A stretch of DNA of 64,000 nucleotides from Microthyrium microscopicum. Its lineage: Eukaryota. The stretch is taken from the NCBI GenBank assembly GCA_010405405.1, contig MU004236.1, positions 2,300,070-2,364,069 on the forward strand, given 5' to 3'. The notes beneath the pieces are model-generated. The model saw only the letters and a program-made list of their open reading frames with translations. It was not told the DNA's origin and did not search any database. This document shows, in pieces, positions 63,029 through 64,000 of this stretch (position 1 is its first letter; the number at the start of each line of letters is the position of its first letter). A program made the translations under genes and the position numbers.

Positions 63029-64000
63029 CGGAATACGGTCCGTGCAGCTCAGGGAATGCAGAATCGGTGAAGGGAATATTAAAGAATCTAATTAACTAAC
63101 TACTATAATAACTATAGTATTTATACCCTATTAAAGACGTAAAACGTATCTTCTTAGAGCTTAGAATTTAGGCTATAATAGAGATAAAAGTAATATATAA
63201 AAAGGAGTAGAAAAAATAAAAAGATATAATAGCTAATAAAGGCTAAATTTTAGTATTTTTACTTCTTAATCCTAAATTAAGACTAGTATAGATCTAAGGT
63301 TTAAAATAAACCTTTTATTATACTCTCTAAGTTTCTAATCTATAAATCTTAAAATATACTTAGTATTAAGTATAAAAGAATATTAATTTTTAGGTTTTCT
63401 AAGACTAAGCTATTAAAATATTAAAACTAGTTAAAATAGAAAATAAAGAATACTATTAGATAGCCTTAGTATAGAAAATCTAGCTTATATAAAAATATAA
63501 AAGATTTAGTAATTTATAGTAGTAGTAAAAGTATTTATAACGTTTTAGAAAGAATCTTTCTAAGCTAGTACTAAGTACTTTATATTTACTAAATTTAGTA
63601 TCTTTCTAAACTTTTTATATTTTTATAGAGAAAGAGTTTTTATTAAACTATTTACTAGTATTTTATCTATAGAAACCTATTTAATAAAGATATAGCCTTT
63701 TATAACTTTTTAATAAAGCTAAAACTAATATATATTAATATACTTTAATTTAGAAGATAAAAGCTAAGCCTACTTTATTATAATACCTATTATTTAGGTA
63801 TTATTATTTAATATTAGTATTTTAATATTAGGATTAAACTTAAGCTATAAAAAGAGGTATATAAGGAGCTATTAGGCACAATTAGGTAAGTAGAATATAG
63901 CTAATATTATAGGATCTACGTATAGAGAAAAGAGATCTAGAGATAGAGCTATAGATATAAAGATATAGGGCCTAAGGGATCCTTAGATATACTAACCCTA
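63025..64000. mobile_element. RIP-degraded AT-rich transposon block running off the window; possibly starts with an LTR
   Basis: TpA-saturated and CpA/TpG-depleted from about 63075. The junction gtaacggaatacgg resembles a TGTAACG-type LTR start but lacks the terminal T. Confidence 0.8.

Noticed and set aside
63993..64000. Telomere-like TAACCCTA at the window end
   Set aside because: Only about one CCCTAA unit is visible; it cannot be distinguished from chance in RIPed DNA.

Overview
This is eukaryotic DNA from a filamentous ascomycete (Pezizomycotina). A ~58.6-kb gene-dense, intron-containing island (about 4410-63030) is flanked on both sides by extremely AT-rich, RIP-mutated transposon blocks, and each block breaks into a host gene. 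On the left is a 5'-truncated hypothetical gene beside a hAT-like terminus; on the right is a half cytochrome P450. Core genes are Hsp110 (SSE1/hsp88), a Kin4/KfsA-like kinase, a Jen1-type carboxylate transporter, eEF2, dynactin p62, myotubularin Ymr1, Ies2, ubiquitin-RPL40 and Rrn7. Accessory content includes a reductase/Zn2Cys6/phi-like GST module, a HET-domain gene, a second GST, a small secreted Cys protein and a 244-bp Tc1/mariner-type MITE. There is also a five-gene aromatic-catabolism-like cluster (esterase, quercetinase-like bicupin, FAD amine oxidase, Zn2Cys6 regulator, salicylate-hydroxylase-like monooxygenase) with a shared CGG-N7-CCG + CGG-N5-CCG promoter signature. Three hypotheses stand out. 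(i) A coiled-coil protein whose first exon is missed by the ORF track completes a CC1-box-like motif about 250 aa before a Spindly-like motif, making it a candidate dynein-dynactin activating adaptor. (ii) The catabolic cluster and its putative regulon. (iii) A 52-aa Cys/His microprotein gene with its own TATA box and 5'UTR intron. Gene models were spliced by eye and no database searches were run.
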